From the IMG/VR virus record IMGVR_UViG_3300046794_000135: a stretch of DNA of 64,000 nucleotides. One strand, given 5' to 3'. Source of the DNA: an uncultured virus (IMG/VR IMGVR_UViG_3300046794_000135). Taxonomy: Duplodnaviria > Heunggongvirae > Uroviricota > Caudoviricetes. Below are positions 8,648-19,066 of this stretch, piece by piece. Under the pieces are notes generated by a model. It had not been told where the DNA came from, ran no database searches, and was given only the letters and a program-made list of their open reading frames with translations. The position numbers and the translations under genes are program-made. The stretch's first letter is position 1; each line of letters opens with the position of its first letter.

Positions 8648-10888
8648 ATGGCAAAGCGTAGTCGTAGCAGAAAAGCAGCCGGTCGCCCCGGCCCCATGTC
8701 AGATGAACAGGTCAGCGGCGCCCTGCGCGCCGCGATCGACAGCGCCGCCGACTACATCGACACCTACATCGCCCCGGATCGCGAGGAAGCGACCCAGTTT
8801 TACAGGGGCGAACCCTTCGGGAACGAGGAAGACGGGCGCTCGCAGATCGTCATGAGTGAGGTGCGCGACGTGGTGCAGGCCATGATGCCGAGCCTCATGC
8901 GCGTTTTCATGTCCACGAAGCAGGCCGTCGAGTTCCTGCCGAACCGCGCCGACGCCGTAGAGCAAGCCGAACAGGCCACCGACTACATCAATCACATCTT
9001 CTACGTCGAGAACAGCGGCACGATGGTGCTGTACGACGCCCTGAAGGACGCTTTGATCCGCAAAACGGGCTTCGTGAAGTATTACGTCGAGGAAAAGGCG
9101 GTTGTCACCGAAGAAGAGTATTCCGGCCTGTCACAGGGCCAGTATGCGCTCCTGACAGAAGACAAAGACCTGGAGATCGACAAGGAAAGCGTCGAAGCCT
9201 ACATAATCCATGACCCGCTGACAGGCGTTGATGACGTGTTTTTCGAGCTTTCCGCCAAGCGGACGGTCAAGAAGAAGGTCTTCAAGGTCGTCGCGGTCCC
9301 GCCCGAAGAAATCATCATCGCCCGCAACGCCCGCAGCATCAAGACTGCGGATTTTGTCTCTCACCGGTCCAGCAAGCTCGTCTCCGAGCTCGTCGCCGAA
9401 GGCTATGACATCGAGGACGTGCTCGCGCACGGCTCCCCGGAGCCCACGATAGAGCTCAATCAGGAAGCCCAAGCCCGCAACCCGGCGATACACACCCGCC
9501 AAACTGCTGATCTGCACTACTCAGACCCCTCCATGCTCCGGGTGCCCTACTACGAGAGCTGGATTTTGATGGATCAGGACGGCGACGGGATCGCCGAGCT
9601 CCGGCGCATCTGCTCGATCGGGCCCGAAGGGTTCATTCTTGACAACGAGGTCGTGACAGAAATCCCCCTGGCGCTTTTCTGCCCGGACCCGGAGCCGCAC
9701 ACCGCGATCGGCTACTCGATCGCCGACCAGACCAAAGACCTCCAAAAAATCAAGTCCAACATCGTGCGTGGCACGCTTGACAGCCTCGCCCAGTCGATCC
9801 ACCCGCGTACAGCGGTGGTCGAAGGCCAAGCGAACATGGACGACGTGCTGAACACCGAGATCGGCGGCGTGATCCGTATGCGCCAGATCGGCGCCGTCCA
9901 GCCGCTTGAGACGCCTTTCGTGGGCGGCCAAGCGCTTCCTGTCCTTGCCTACCTTGATGATGTGCGCGCACAGCGCACCGGTATCAGCAGGGCAACGCAG
10001 GGGCTCGACGCCGACGTTCTCCAGTCCACGACGCAGGATGCTGTCAGGGCAACTGTCAGCGCCGCCGAGAGCCGCCTTGAAATGGTCGCCCGCATCTTCG
10101 CCGAAGGCGGAATGCGCCAGCTCTTCTGCGGTCTCCTCCGCCTCGTGGTGCAACATCAGGACAAGGCCCGCGTCGTGCGCCTCCGCCGGAAGTGGGTCGA
10201 AGTCGATCCGCGCGGCTGGGACGCCGAGATGGATGTCACTGTCAACGTTGGCATCGGCACGGGTGACAAGCAGGAGCGCATCGCCGTCCTGTCAGCGACA
10301 ATGGCGAAACAGCAGGAAGCCCTGACAACGCTGGGCCCGATGAACCCCCTCGTTGACATGAGTATGCTCCGCAACACGATGGCAAAAATCCTTGAGCTGT
10401 CGGGCGAGAAGGATGTCGATAGCTACTGGAAGGAAGTCACGCCGGAAAGCCTCCAGCAGTACCAGCAGCAGATGCAGCAAAACCAGAAGCCCGACCCTGC
10501 CGAAATCCTCGCGCAGATCGAGAAGAACAAGGTTGACGCTGACATCGAGATGAACCGCCGCAAGGTCGATCTCGACTACATGAAGGCGAAGATGGACGAC
10601 GATCGCCTCCGCGACCAGATGGAGGCCGACATCCTGCTCCGCGCTGCCGAGCTGGAATTCAAATACCACACCGCCGAAAACGACCAGCAGATGCAAAAGA
10701 CGATGGCCCAGATCAATCAGAGCATGGCCCGCGAGCGCACGATCATTGACACGGCTGTCAAGGTTTCGACCGCAGAAGCCCAGTCACAGGAACGCGCCGA
10801 CGCGGCACACGCCCAAGAGCAACAGCAACTAGCCGCCCAGCAGGCCGCCCAGCAGCAGCCTCCGGCGCCGGGAGCCCCCGTGCAATGA
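8648..10888 (+). CDS. Portal protein
   Basis: 746 aa after TerL; YRGEPFGNEEDGRSQ motif; Q-rich coiled C-terminus. Confidence 0.9.
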   Translation: MAKRSRSRKAAGRPGPMSDEQVSGALRAAIDSAADYIDTYIAPDREEATQFYRGEPFGNEEDGRSQIVMSEVRDVVQAMMPSLMRVFMSTKQAVEFLPNRADAVEQAEQATDYINHIFYVENSGTMVLYDALKDALIRKTGFVKYYVEEKAVVTEEEYSGLSQGQYALLTEDKDLEIDKESVEAYIIHDPLTGVDDVFFELSAKRTVKKKVFKVVAVPPEEIIIARNARSIKTADFVSHRSSKLVSELVAEGYDIEDVLAHGSPEPTIELNQEAQARNPAIHTRQTADLHYSDPSMLRVPYYESWILMDQDGDGIAELRRICSIGPEGFILDNEVVTEIPLALFCPDPEPHTAIGYSIADQTKDLQKIKSNIVRGTLDSLAQSIHPRTAVVEGQANMDDVLNTEIGGVIRMRQIGAVQPLETPFVGGQALPVLAYLDDVRAQRTGISRATQGLDADVLQSTTQDAVRATVSAAESRLEMVARIFAEGGMRQLFCGLLRLVVQHQDKARVVRLRRKWVEVDPRGWDAEMDVTVNVGIGTGDKQERIAVLSATMAKQQEALTTLGPMNPLVDMSMLRNTMAKILELSGEKDVDSYWKEVTPESLQQYQQQMQQNQKPDPAEILAQIEKNKVDADIEMNRRKVDLDYMKAKMDDDRLRDQMEADILLRAAELEFKYHTAENDQQMQKTMAQINQSMARERTIIDTAVKVSTAEAQSQERADAAHAQEQQQLAAQQAAQQQPPAPGAPVQ

Positions 10889-11124
10889 GTACCGAAGCAG
10901 ACAAGCGCTCCGCGCAAGCAAAACAGATGCTCAACGACCCACTTTTTCAGGAGGTGATGCAGACCATCGAAGACGCTTTCGTCGGGTACTGGAAGCGGGC
11001 GGATAACCCCGTTGTCCGGGAAAACTCCTGGTACGCGCTCAAGTCGATCGAGCATGTCAGGACAGAACTTCAGTCCATCGCTGACAACCAGGCGGTGACA
11101 GCTTTCAACAAGCGCTTGCGTTGA
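10885..11124 (+). CDS. Small conserved head-region protein
   Basis: ATGA-coupled to portal. Confidence 0.7.
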   Translation: MSTEADKRSAQAKQMLNDPLFQEVMQTIEDAFVGYWKRADNPVVRENSWYALKSIEHVRTELQSIADNQAVTAFNKRLR

Positions 11125-11165
11125 CATGACATGTCACTTGCGCTCAACACAATTCTGAGGTACAA

Positions 11166-12206
11166 ATGACTATCACCGACACGCCTAATGGCATCGGACT
11201 CGCAGAAGCCGCATCACGTTTCGAAGCTCTTTCCGAACAGGACAACACAGAGCTCCCCGCAGACGATCAGGCTGACGAGAACGCCGAGACCGAACAGGTC
11301 GAAGGCACTGCGGCAGACACTTCCGACGAAGAGACGCCACCTGACGACGAAGAAGAGCTCTCCGAAGAGGAAAGCGATCCTTCCGAGGAAGAGGGTGCTG
11401 ACGAAGAAGAAGCCACCGACGACGAAGATGACACGACACCCGACGAAAAGCTGTTGGAGCGTCCTTTCACCGTAAAAATTGGCGGTAAGGAAGAGACGGT
11501 CACGCTCAAGGAGGCTCTGGCTGGTTATCAGCGGACGGCGGATTACACGCGCGGCAAGATGGCCCTCGCCGATGAGCGGAGGTCTTTCGAAGGCGAGCGG
11601 CAGGCCATTCAGGTCGAGCGCTCCCAGTACGCCCAGCTCCTCCCCGTGCTTATCCAGCAGATTGAAGCTGGCATGGAGGCGGAACCCGATTGGGCCGATC
11701 TGTTGGCGAACCGCCCGGAAGAATATCTCAGGCAGGAAGTGGCTTGGCGGGAAAAAGCGGCACGTCGTGACGCAGCCCTACAAGAACAGCAACGCCTGAA
11801 CGAGCACGCACAGCAAGAACAGCACGCGGCCATCGTGGAAGCCATCCAGACTTCCGGTCGTGAATTGGCAAAGGCCATGCCCCAGTGGCAGGACTCCAAG
11901 CGCTGGGACGCAGACCGTGCGAAGCTCTTGGCCTACGGCCAGACAGTCGGCTTTGCCGAAGAGGAACTACAGCAGACCTACGATCACCGTGCGGTGCTCG
12001 CGCTCTACAAGGCGATGCGGTACGACGAGCTGATGGCTAAAAAGCCTACGCCGAACGCGCCGAACAGCCCCAAGCCTGTATCTCCCGGCAGCCCAAACAC
12101 GGCCAAAACCCGCAAAACCTCCGATTTGACCCGCGCAAAGCAGCGTCTTGGAAAGTCTGGCAGCGTCCGTGACGCAGCCTCCCTGTTTGAGCAACTCGAT
12201 CCATAA
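11166..12206 (+). CDS. Scaffolding protein
   Basis: Acidic N-terminus, TVKIGGKEETVTLKE-GYQRTADYTR motif, upstream of capsid. Confidence 0.85.
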   Translation: MTITDTPNGIGLAEAASRFEALSEQDNTELPADDQADENAETEQVEGTAADTSDEETPPDDEEELSEEESDPSEEEGADEEEATDDEDDTTPDEKLLERPFTVKIGGKEETVTLKEALAGYQRTADYTRGKMALADERRSFEGERQAIQVERSQYAQLLPVLIQQIEAGMEAEPDWADLLANRPEEYLRQEVAWREKAARRDAALQEQQRLNEHAQQEQHAAIVEAIQTSGRELAKAMPQWQDSKRWDADRAKLLAYGQTVGFAEEELQQTYDHRAVLALYKAMRYDELMAKKPTPNAPNSPKPVSPGSPNTAKTRKTSDLTRAKQRLGKSGSVRDAASLFEQLDP

Positions 12207-12220
12207 GGAAGTGACGAGAA

Positions 12221-13192
12221 ATGGCAGCGAAGCCCACCGGTACTGTTGACCGGTACGACATTAACAAGGCCGTGCGCGAAGAGCTCTCGGACATCATCTA
12301 CAACATCGCGCCGGAAGACACGCCGCTCATGTCCAACATCGGACGTGGCAGCGTTGGCAACACCTACTTCGAATGGCAGACCGACGGTCTCGCCGCTGCG
12401 AACGGTGACAACGCACAGATCGACGGTGGCGACGCCGCCAACGACACCCGTGCGCCGACGAACCGTCTCGGCAACTACACGCAGATCATGTCGAAGACCA
12501 TCCAGACCTCCGGCACTGCGGAAGCAGTGAACAAGGCTGGTTACAAGAGCGTCATGGCCTACGAAAAAGCCAAGGCGTCTTCGGAAATCAAGCGTGACAT
12601 GGAAGTCCGTCTTGCCGGTGGCAAGGCTGCTGTCGGTGGTTCCACCGGTACGGCTCGCCAGACTGCCGGTTTCGCCGCGTTCCTGACAACCAACGTTGAC
12701 AAGGCTGCCACCGGCACCGCCCCGACGCTTTCGGCAACCACGGACGGCTACCCGAACGCTGCGTACATCAACGGCACGGCCCGCGCCTTCACCGAAACCA
12801 TCCTGAAGAACGTCATCCAGCAGGTCTGGGCTTCTGGCGGCACTGTCGGGCTGGCGATGGTCGGCGCGAAGCAGAAGGGCGTTGCCTCTGGCTTCGCTGG
12901 TCTCGGCCAGAACCGCTTCAACCAGAGCAAGGCGGAACAGACCACGATCATCGGCGCCGCCGACGTGTACGTCTCCGACTTCGGCAACGTCACCTTCGTG
13001 CCGAACCGCTTCATGCCTGCTGACGCCGCGTATCTGGTGGACCCGGAATACGCTTCGGTCCAGTACCTCCGCGACTTCCGCACGAAGCCGCTGGCAGAAA
13101 ACGGTGACAGCAAGCGTGAAATGCTCCTGGTCGAGTTCGGCCTGAAGGTTCACACCGAAAAGGCCCACGGCATCGCCCGCGACCTGACCTAA
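12221..13192 (+). CDS. Major capsid protein (DUF5309/SU10-like)
   Basis: REELSDIIYNIAPEDTP, NYTQI and YVSDFG motifs. Confidence 0.88.
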   Translation: MAAKPTGTVDRYDINKAVREELSDIIYNIAPEDTPLMSNIGRGSVGNTYFEWQTDGLAAANGDNAQIDGGDAANDTRAPTNRLGNYTQIMSKTIQTSGTAEAVNKAGYKSVMAYEKAKASSEIKRDMEVRLAGGKAAVGGSTGTARQTAGFAAFLTTNVDKAATGTAPTLSATTDGYPNAAYINGTARAFTETILKNVIQQVWASGGTVGLAMVGAKQKGVASGFAGLGQNRFNQSKAEQTTIIGAADVYVSDFGNVTFVPNRFMPADAAYLVDPEYASVQYLRDFRTKPLAENGDSKREMLLVEFGLKVHTEKAHGIARDLT

Positions 13193-13203
13193 GCTACCTG
13201 ATT

Positions 13204-13232
13204 GGGCGGGGGAAACTCCGCCCTCTCACTTG
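13204..13232 (+). terminator. Hairpin downstream of capsid gene
   Basis: GGGCGGGG-GAAA-CTCCGCCC followed by a pyrimidine run. Confidence 0.55.
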
Positions 13233-13261
13233 TGTTTCAAACATATCCGGGTTGTTTGCAG

Positions 13262-13576
13262 ATGAAGAAAATCCTTGAACACGACCCGCTGACGGGCATT
13301 ACGCGCACCTTCCACTACGACGAAGGCTACGACGCGAAGAATTTCCTTATTGAGACCGTGCAGGAGACTGCCGGGATTGTCGAGCGCAACCGCAACGCCT
13401 TCAACGACGCGAAGCAGGGCTTCCACGGCGAAGAGCTGTCAAAGGTCGCTTCGATCCCGCTGACGATCTACTACGACCTCGTGAAGAAGGGGATCGACAA
13501 AGACCCCGTTGCGATGAAGCGCTGGCTCAACGACCCTGACAATGCCGCCTTCCGTGTCAAGCCCGGTGTCGTCTGA
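13262..13576 (+). CDS. Conserved structural-region protein
   Basis: VASIP and RWLNDPDNAAFR motifs; coupled to next gene. Confidence 0.7.
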   Translation: MKKILEHDPLTGITRTFHYDEGYDAKNFLIETVQETAGIVERNRNAFNDAKQGFHGEELSKVASIPLTIYYDLVKKGIDKDPVAMKRWLNDPDNAAFRVKPGVV

Positions 13577-14229
13577 TGAACCTTGACACGTATCTGGGGC
13601 TTCAGACCGAGATCGCCGAGTATCTGAACCGCGACGACCTGGCTGACAAAATCCCGACCTTCGTTCGCTTGTTCGAAGCCCGTGCCAACCGCGAGCTGCG
13701 CACCCATGACATGGTGAAGCGCGCCACCGCGATCGTTGACAAGGGCTATTTCATCGTTCCCCCCGACTGGCGCGAGACGATCGCCCTCCTCCTGCTTTCG
13801 CCGCGCCCGACAAAGATGGAGTTCGTCTCGATCGAGAACAGCTTCGACCGCCGTGCAGACTACTACGGCGCCGCCTCCCCGCCGGAAATCTACACGCAGA
13901 TGGACGGCAAGTTTTACCTCTACCCGGAGCCGACGACCGACACGACGCTTGAGCTCGTCTATCGCGCTTCGATCCCCGTGCTGACATCCGGTGTCATGGA
14001 CCCCAGCGGTAACGACATCAGCGTGACAACCAATTGGCTGCTCCAGAAGAGCCCTGACGCCTACCTGTTCGGCGCGCTCGCTGAAGCGGAGCCGTACCTC
14101 AAGAACGACGAACGCATCGCGGTTTGGCAGGGCAAAGCTGACCGCATTTTCGCGTCCATGCAGGGCGAGGCGGAACGCGCCTCCTACCCGCAAGGGGCTC
14201 TGGCAGTTAAGAGGAAGACCTTCGGATGA
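13576..14229 (+). CDS. Head-tail adaptor protein
   Basis: IPTFVRLFEARANRELR and TNWLLQKSPDAYLFGAL motifs; position after capsid. Confidence 0.75.
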   Translation: MNLDTYLGLQTEIAEYLNRDDLADKIPTFVRLFEARANRELRTHDMVKRATAIVDKGYFIVPPDWRETIALLLLSPRPTKMEFVSIENSFDRRADYYGAASPPEIYTQMDGKFYLYPEPTTDTTLELVYRASIPVLTSGVMDPSGNDISVTTNWLLQKSPDAYLFGALAEAEPYLKNDERIAVWQGKADRIFASMQGEAERASYPQGALAVKRKTFG

Positions 14230-14651
14230 ACAGCTTTACTGATTACCTTGAGCAGAAGCTTCTCCAGCACGTCTTCACGACCACTGCTTACACGGCCCCA
14301 ACTGGCCGGTATCTGGCGCTGTTCACGACCGCTCCGACCGAGACCAGCCCCGGCCTTGAAGTGACGGGCACCGCCTACGCGAGAATGGCAGCGGTATTCG
14401 ACGTTCTGACAGCTTTCGAAATCGACCCGGTTGGCAACCCCGGCGGCCTTGTCACCGCTGCTGTCAACCATGACATCATCGAGTTCCCAACTGCGGGCAA
14501 CAACTGGGGTTCCATCACCCACGTCGGCGTGTTCGACGCGGCGACCGGCGGCAACATGCTTGCTTACGCCCAGCTCGCGGTTTCCCGGAACATCACGACC
14601 GGCGACATCTTCCGGTTCCCTGCCCAGAAGTTCGCGGTCTCGCTGGATTAA
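14226..14651 (+). CDS. Tail-associated structural protein
   Basis: TDYLEQKLL, YLALFT and WGSITHVGVFDAATGGNML motifs. Confidence 0.7.
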   Translation: MNSFTDYLEQKLLQHVFTTTAYTAPTGRYLALFTTAPTETSPGLEVTGTAYARMAAVFDVLTAFEIDPVGNPGGLVTAAVNHDIIEFPTAGNNWGSITHVGVFDAATGGNMLAYAQLAVSRNITTGDIFRFPAQKFAVSLD

Positions 14652-14656
14652 TCACG

Positions 14657-15262
14657 ATGGCTGTCGGCTACGGCGCAGGGAGATATAGCTCAGGGCTCTA
14701 CGGCCAGCCCCTCTCGCTGGTTAGCGCCGACGCGGCGGTTAAAGCCGTTTCCGGCGCCAACGTTGTCAGCTCCGGCATTCTGGCTTTCCGAGCGGCGGTC
14801 AGGGCTGCGGTAGACATCAAGGTCCGGGCAACGATCGAGGGCAGCTTTGGGGCAATTACCATCCCGGCTGTCTCCAATGCGAAGGCGAGCGGCTTCCGGG
14901 TCATCTTCCCCGGCCTTGGGCCGATCGCGGCGCGCGGCTTAGTAGTCACAAGCCCCACGACGGTTGTCAGCGTGACAGCCTTGGTGGCCGCCCAGTCAGA
15001 CTTGGCGCTGGACCCGGTTATTTCCGTAGCCGCCGCCGCACTCGTGCGCGCAAGGGCAGATGTCAGAGCCAGCGGTCGCGGAAACTACGAAAATGAAGTC
15101 ATCCCCAGCGTGTCCGATTGGGCGCTGACAACTCCTCTCTGCGAGGACTACCTCGACGCAAAGCCCGCACCGTCCGTTTGGGTTGTCAAGAAACCCGCCA
15201 CCGATACCTGGAGCGTCATAACCGACGCCTCGTCAGTCTGGAAGGAAACCGCTCTTGCCTGA
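14657..15262 (+). CDS. Putative structural protein
   Basis: YGxGxY N-terminus, Ala/Val-rich, within tail cluster. Confidence 0.6.
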   Translation: MAVGYGAGRYSSGLYGQPLSLVSADAAVKAVSGANVVSSGILAFRAAVRAAVDIKVRATIEGSFGAITIPAVSNAKASGFRVIFPGLGPIAARGLVVTSPTTVVSVTALVAAQSDLALDPVISVAAAALVRARADVRASGRGNYENEVIPSVSDWALTTPLCEDYLDAKPAPSVWVVKKPATDTWSVITDASSVWKETALA

Positions 15263-16244
15263 TACTTTTACGACCCACTACAGCCTCGTCAAAGTGGAAG
15301 TCGGCGGCTCGACGGACACTTGGGGCGGCAAGCTCAACAGCAATTCCGACGCGTTGGACGCTGCGCTCTTCGCGCTGACAGACGCGGCAAGCCTTGTTTC
15401 GGGCACTATCCCTGACGCCCGGATGCCTGTGGGCCTGAAGAAGCTGGCGACGGTTGTCACAGACCTCAACGCGATCGCGGACACGGGCTACTACCAACAC
15501 ATCGCTACGGCGACTGGCGCCCCGATCGCGACCACCGGCCTCGTGCTGCACGTCGCATATGACGCCAACAACGCCATGCAGTTCTGGATGCGCGCTGACA
15601 CGAGCATCGCGCAGTACAAGCGCCAGAAGCTTGCCGGGACGTGGGGTGCGTGGGCGACCGACATGGCGGTCCAGAAGTCCGGCGACACGATGTCGGGCAA
15701 TCTGATTGTTCAGAACGCCACCCCGGCTGTCACGTTCAAGGGCAACGGAACCGTTGGCAGCGGCAAGATCGCTTTCACCGGTCCCGCCGATGAGGCCCGT
15801 GCGTCGTTGTCAACACCGCTGAACTCACAGGGCGACGCCACGCTGACTGTCGGCACCAAGGGCTTCACGTTCGCGACGAACGGTCAGTTCAAGGCAGAAG
15901 CGCAGGTGTATGCTGGGACTGCCTACCTCAACACTGACGGCAATATCGGCGGAGGCACGAGCAGCATCTGGGCCAACTGGGGCGCGGCAGATGCTTACAG
16001 CGCCATCAATGCCCGCATCGAGGCCCGTGCGCAGGCGTGGGCCAACGACCGCATATCTCAGCTTCAGTACCGCAAAGTTTCGCTTTCCTACGACGGCTCT
16101 AGCGGCGGCTTCGCCAACTACGCCGGGGCGGTGGTCGTTGGTTACGTGCGCGATGGGGGCATGAACGGGCAGGTTGCGGGCCTCTACTTCATGTACTTGC
16201 AAGTTTATGACCCGGTGCGCGGCTGGGTCGGATTTCAGGGGTAG
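15255..16244 (+). CDS. Tail fibre protein 1
   Basis: TTHYSLVKVEVGGSTDTWGGKLN anchor, knob-like DLNAIADTGYY, KSGDTMSGNL shaft motif. Confidence 0.75.
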   Translation: MPDTFTTHYSLVKVEVGGSTDTWGGKLNSNSDALDAALFALTDAASLVSGTIPDARMPVGLKKLATVVTDLNAIADTGYYQHIATATGAPIATTGLVLHVAYDANNAMQFWMRADTSIAQYKRQKLAGTWGAWATDMAVQKSGDTMSGNLIVQNATPAVTFKGNGTVGSGKIAFTGPADEARASLSTPLNSQGDATLTVGTKGFTFATNGQFKAEAQVYAGTAYLNTDGNIGGGTSSIWANWGAADAYSAINARIEARAQAWANDRISQLQYRKVSLSYDGSSGGFANYAGAVVVGYVRDGGMNGQVAGLYFMYLQVYDPVRGWVGFQG

Positions 16245-16247
16245 ACG

Positions 16248-16964
16248 ATGGCTGACACAACCACCACCAACTACGCGCTTGTCAAGCCCGGTGTCGGCGA
16301 TGTTGCCGGTGCCGACGCGTGGGGCGCCAAGCTCAATAGCAACTTCGACACGATCGATGCCGAACTCAAGTCGATTGACGGCACCACCGCTGCGGCGAAG
16401 GCAACGCCAGTCGATGCCGATTGGGTCGGTGTCTATGACAGCGCCGCTGCTGGCACGCCTGTCAAGAAAACTCTCTGGTCGCAGATCAAAGCGTTCCTGA
16501 AGACGTATTTTGACACGCTCTATCTCGGCCTTGGCGGCGGCACCATGACAGGGGCGATAACCGTCAACTATGTGAACGCCCTTACCCGTTGGATTTATCC
16601 CGGCGTTCGCGCTTGGTATATTCAGGCTTTGGGCGACGGTCGCCTTCGCTTTGTCGATGAGAGCGGCGGCGTGGAATATCTATCGTTCGCCCCCGGCCAA
16701 GCCTTGGGTGATCTGAACACGCGCATCAACAGCCAAGCGCTCGCTTATGCGAATGACCGCGTAGCAAACCTGCAATACCGCCACGTCTCACTTGGTTCAG
16801 CGGCTCTTAACGGCAACACCGGTTGGAAGTACGCCCCCGGTGGGTCGCTGTACGTCGGCCTCAACTACCTCGGCAGCAACTATCAGTATGGCAACTACGC
16901 ATGGGTTTACCCACAGGTCTATGACCCTGTTCGCGGTTGGATTGGCTTCAGTCAGGCTTATTAA
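16248..16964 (+). CDS. Tail fibre protein 2, paralogue of fibre 1
   Basis: Same N-terminal anchor and C-terminal QVYDPVRGWxGF motif as 15255-16244. Confidence 0.72.
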   Translation: MADTTTTNYALVKPGVGDVAGADAWGAKLNSNFDTIDAELKSIDGTTAAAKATPVDADWVGVYDSAAAGTPVKKTLWSQIKAFLKTYFDTLYLGLGGGTMTGAITVNYVNALTRWIYPGVRAWYIQALGDGRLRFVDESGGVEYLSFAPGQALGDLNTRINSQALAYANDRVANLQYRHVSLGSAALNGNTGWKYAPGGSLYVGLNYLGSNYQYGNYAWVYPQVYDPVRGWIGFSQAY

Positions 16965-16973
16965 GAGGCAATC

Positions 16974-17552
16974 ATGGAAATTGTAAACTTTGGGCACTTC
17001 ACCTCGTACTCGCAAGGCGACGGTATCCTCTACTTCAAGAACGAAGACGGTCAGGATTGGTACGACCTTCGCTTCGGTCTGACGACGTGGGATGACAAAG
17101 GCACCTTCATTGATGCCGTCTACGGCGCGTGGGCGATGGTCGATCCCTCGACCATGTGCGTCACCAACGTGGAGTTCGACCCCTCGCGCCTCATGCCGGG
17201 AGATCGCATCGTCCTCGGCATTGACGCCGAATGGACGACGATCGGGAAGGGCCAGCTCTACGAAGATGGTGTGCTCAAGGCCGTTCCTCCCGCCCCGGTC
17301 GTCTTCCCGAACATCTCCGGGCGCCAGCTTTGGCTCGCCGCTCGCGAAATCGACATCAAGAAGGCCGACGTGCTGGCATTGGTCGAAGCCATGCCGGATG
17401 AGGCCGAAGCTGACAGGCTGATGATCGAGCTGACAGAGCCGCCGCTCAGTGGTTACGAGCGCACTAGCCCTGCATTCACGACGCTCGCCGCCATGATGAA
17501 CATCCCCGAAAGCCAGTTCGATGCGCTCTGGCTCCACGCGGCCACCCTCTAA
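16974..17552 (+). CDS. Tail fibre assembly/chaperone-like protein
   Basis: YFKNEDGQDWY motif; follows the fibre genes. Confidence 0.6.
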   Translation: MEIVNFGHFTSYSQGDGILYFKNEDGQDWYDLRFGLTTWDDKGTFIDAVYGAWAMVDPSTMCVTNVEFDPSRLMPGDRIVLGIDAEWTTIGKGQLYEDGVLKAVPPAPVVFPNISGRQLWLAAREIDIKKADVLALVEAMPDEAEADRLMIELTEPPLSGYERTSPAFTTLAAMMNIPESQFDALWLHAATL

Positions 17553-17561
17553 GGACGATCG

Positions 17562-18317
17562 ATGAAATCCAATTACGAGACCTGTCAGGCCATCACCCTC
17601 AAGTGGGAGGGCGGTGACAGTGATAACAAGGCGGACCCCGGCGGCAAGACCCGCTGGGGCGTGACGCAAGTGCGGTACGACGAGTTCCGCAAGAGCAAGG
17701 GCTTCCCGGCCAAGTCCGTCTTCACGATGGATCACTCGGAGATGCTGGAAATCTACAAAACAGGATACTGGGATGCTGTCAGCGGTGACACGCTTCCGCT
17801 TGGCGTTGACCTGGCTGTTTGGGACTATGGTGTCAACTCTGGCCCCGCCCGTGCCAATTCTACGCTTCGCGCCGTTAAGTCCACCGACGCCGTTGCCGTG
17901 GTCAAGGAATTGTGTGCCAAACGCATGTCCTTTCTTCAGGGGCTCAAGACGTTCAAGTCTTTCGGGAAGGGATGGAGCAACCGCGTCGCGGACATCGAGG
18001 CCAAGGGCGTCGCAATGGCGCTCAAGGCGGCTTCCCCGGCGACAGCCCAAGCGGAGCTCGTGAAGCACTCCCAAGAAGCTTCTGACAAGGGTGCCAGCAC
18101 CGACACGGTTGCGCTTGGTTCGGCCCGTGCCGGGGGTGGCGCCAGCGTCGCCAGCGGCGCAGCAACTGTTTCCGGCCAAGTCGATCAGTGGGTCAGCACC
18201 GGCCTCCTCGTGGTGGGCGGCCTCGCAGTCGTCCTCGCCATCTACTTCGTTGTCAAAGCCCGCCATGACAAGGCCCGCGCCCAAGCATACCTCAACGCCG
18301 CATCGGAGATTGCATGA
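17562..18317 (+). CDS. Endolysin, glycoside hydrolase family 108, with C-terminal hydrophobic segment
   Basis: EGG...DPGGKTRWGVT, DYGVNSG and FGKGWSNRV motifs. Confidence 0.88.
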   Translation: MKSNYETCQAITLKWEGGDSDNKADPGGKTRWGVTQVRYDEFRKSKGFPAKSVFTMDHSEMLEIYKTGYWDAVSGDTLPLGVDLAVWDYGVNSGPARANSTLRAVKSTDAVAVVKELCAKRMSFLQGLKTFKSFGKGWSNRVADIEAKGVAMALKAASPATAQAELVKHSQEASDKGASTDTVALGSARAGGGASVASGAATVSGQVDQWVSTGLLVVGGLAVVLAIYFVVKARHDKARAQAYLNAASEIA

Positions 18318-18802
18318 TCCCTATTCTCGTTCCGATCCTCGCGCAGATCGGCGCCCCGATCCTGAAAAAACTCCTGGAGGACAAGATCGGCTCCGGCGTT
18401 GCTGACACGATCGTTGACACGATCGCCACGAAACTCGGCGTTGACCCGACGCCGCAGGCGATCGGTGCCAAGTATCAGGCCGACCCAGTTGCCACGGCAG
18501 AAGCTGTCAAAGCGGTGGAAGCCGAGAACGCCGACAAGTGGCTCGCGCATCTGGCCGAGCGGGATGAAATGATCGCACGGGAAGACACCCGTGAGACCTT
18601 CTTCGCGTGGGGCTGGCGCCCTGCCATGAGCTGGCTCGTCATCTTCCTCTTCGCGTGGTCGATGGTGGTTCTGCCGCTCGTGAACTCGGCCTTCAAGAGC
18701 TCGATCCCGATCCCCTCGGCTGACAGCATCCTTCAGTTCTCCGGTATCTGGCTTGTCATCTACGGCGGCGGCCACACCCTCAAATCGGTATTCGCCAAAT
18801 GA
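18314..18802 (+). CDS. Holin, 3TM-type
   Basis: GWRPAMSW motif plus hydrophobic helices; adjacent to endolysin. Confidence 0.75.
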   Translation: MIPILVPILAQIGAPILKKLLEDKIGSGVADTIVDTIATKLGVDPTPQAIGAKYQADPVATAEAVKAVEAENADKWLAHLAERDEMIAREDTRETFFAWGWRPAMSWLVIFLFAWSMVVLPLVNSAFKSSIPIPSADSILQFSGIWLVIYGGGHTLKSVFAK

Positions 18803-19056
18803 GCCCAGCCCCCAACGAAAATGTCGAGTTCGACCTGACGACCGATCTGCGCACCCGCATCCTCAATCTCGAAACGTGGCGTTCCCAGCGTGACATCGCC
18901 GACGCCCGTGCGGATGAGCAGCGCAAATACCTCGATCTCCGCTTCGGCTCGCTGGAGCGGAAGATCAACGGCGTGGCGTGGATCATCGTCAGCGGCTTTG
19001 TCGTCGCTCTCGTGACCTACGCCTTCAAGGGCGGGCTCAACCTCCCCATCAAGTAA
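18799..19056 (+). CDS. Small membrane protein
   Basis: Coiled coil plus C-terminal hydrophobic helix. Confidence 0.6.
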   Translation: MSPAPNENVEFDLTTDLRTRILNLETWRSQRDIADARADEQRKYLDLRFGSLERKINGVAWIIVSGFVVALVTYAFKGGLNLPIK

Positions 19057-19066
19057 GGAAATTAGC

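Noticed and set aside
15255..16964. Diversity-generating retroelement or shufflon acting on the fibre C-termini
   Set aside because: No reverse transcriptase or invertase; differences between the copies are not adenine-specific
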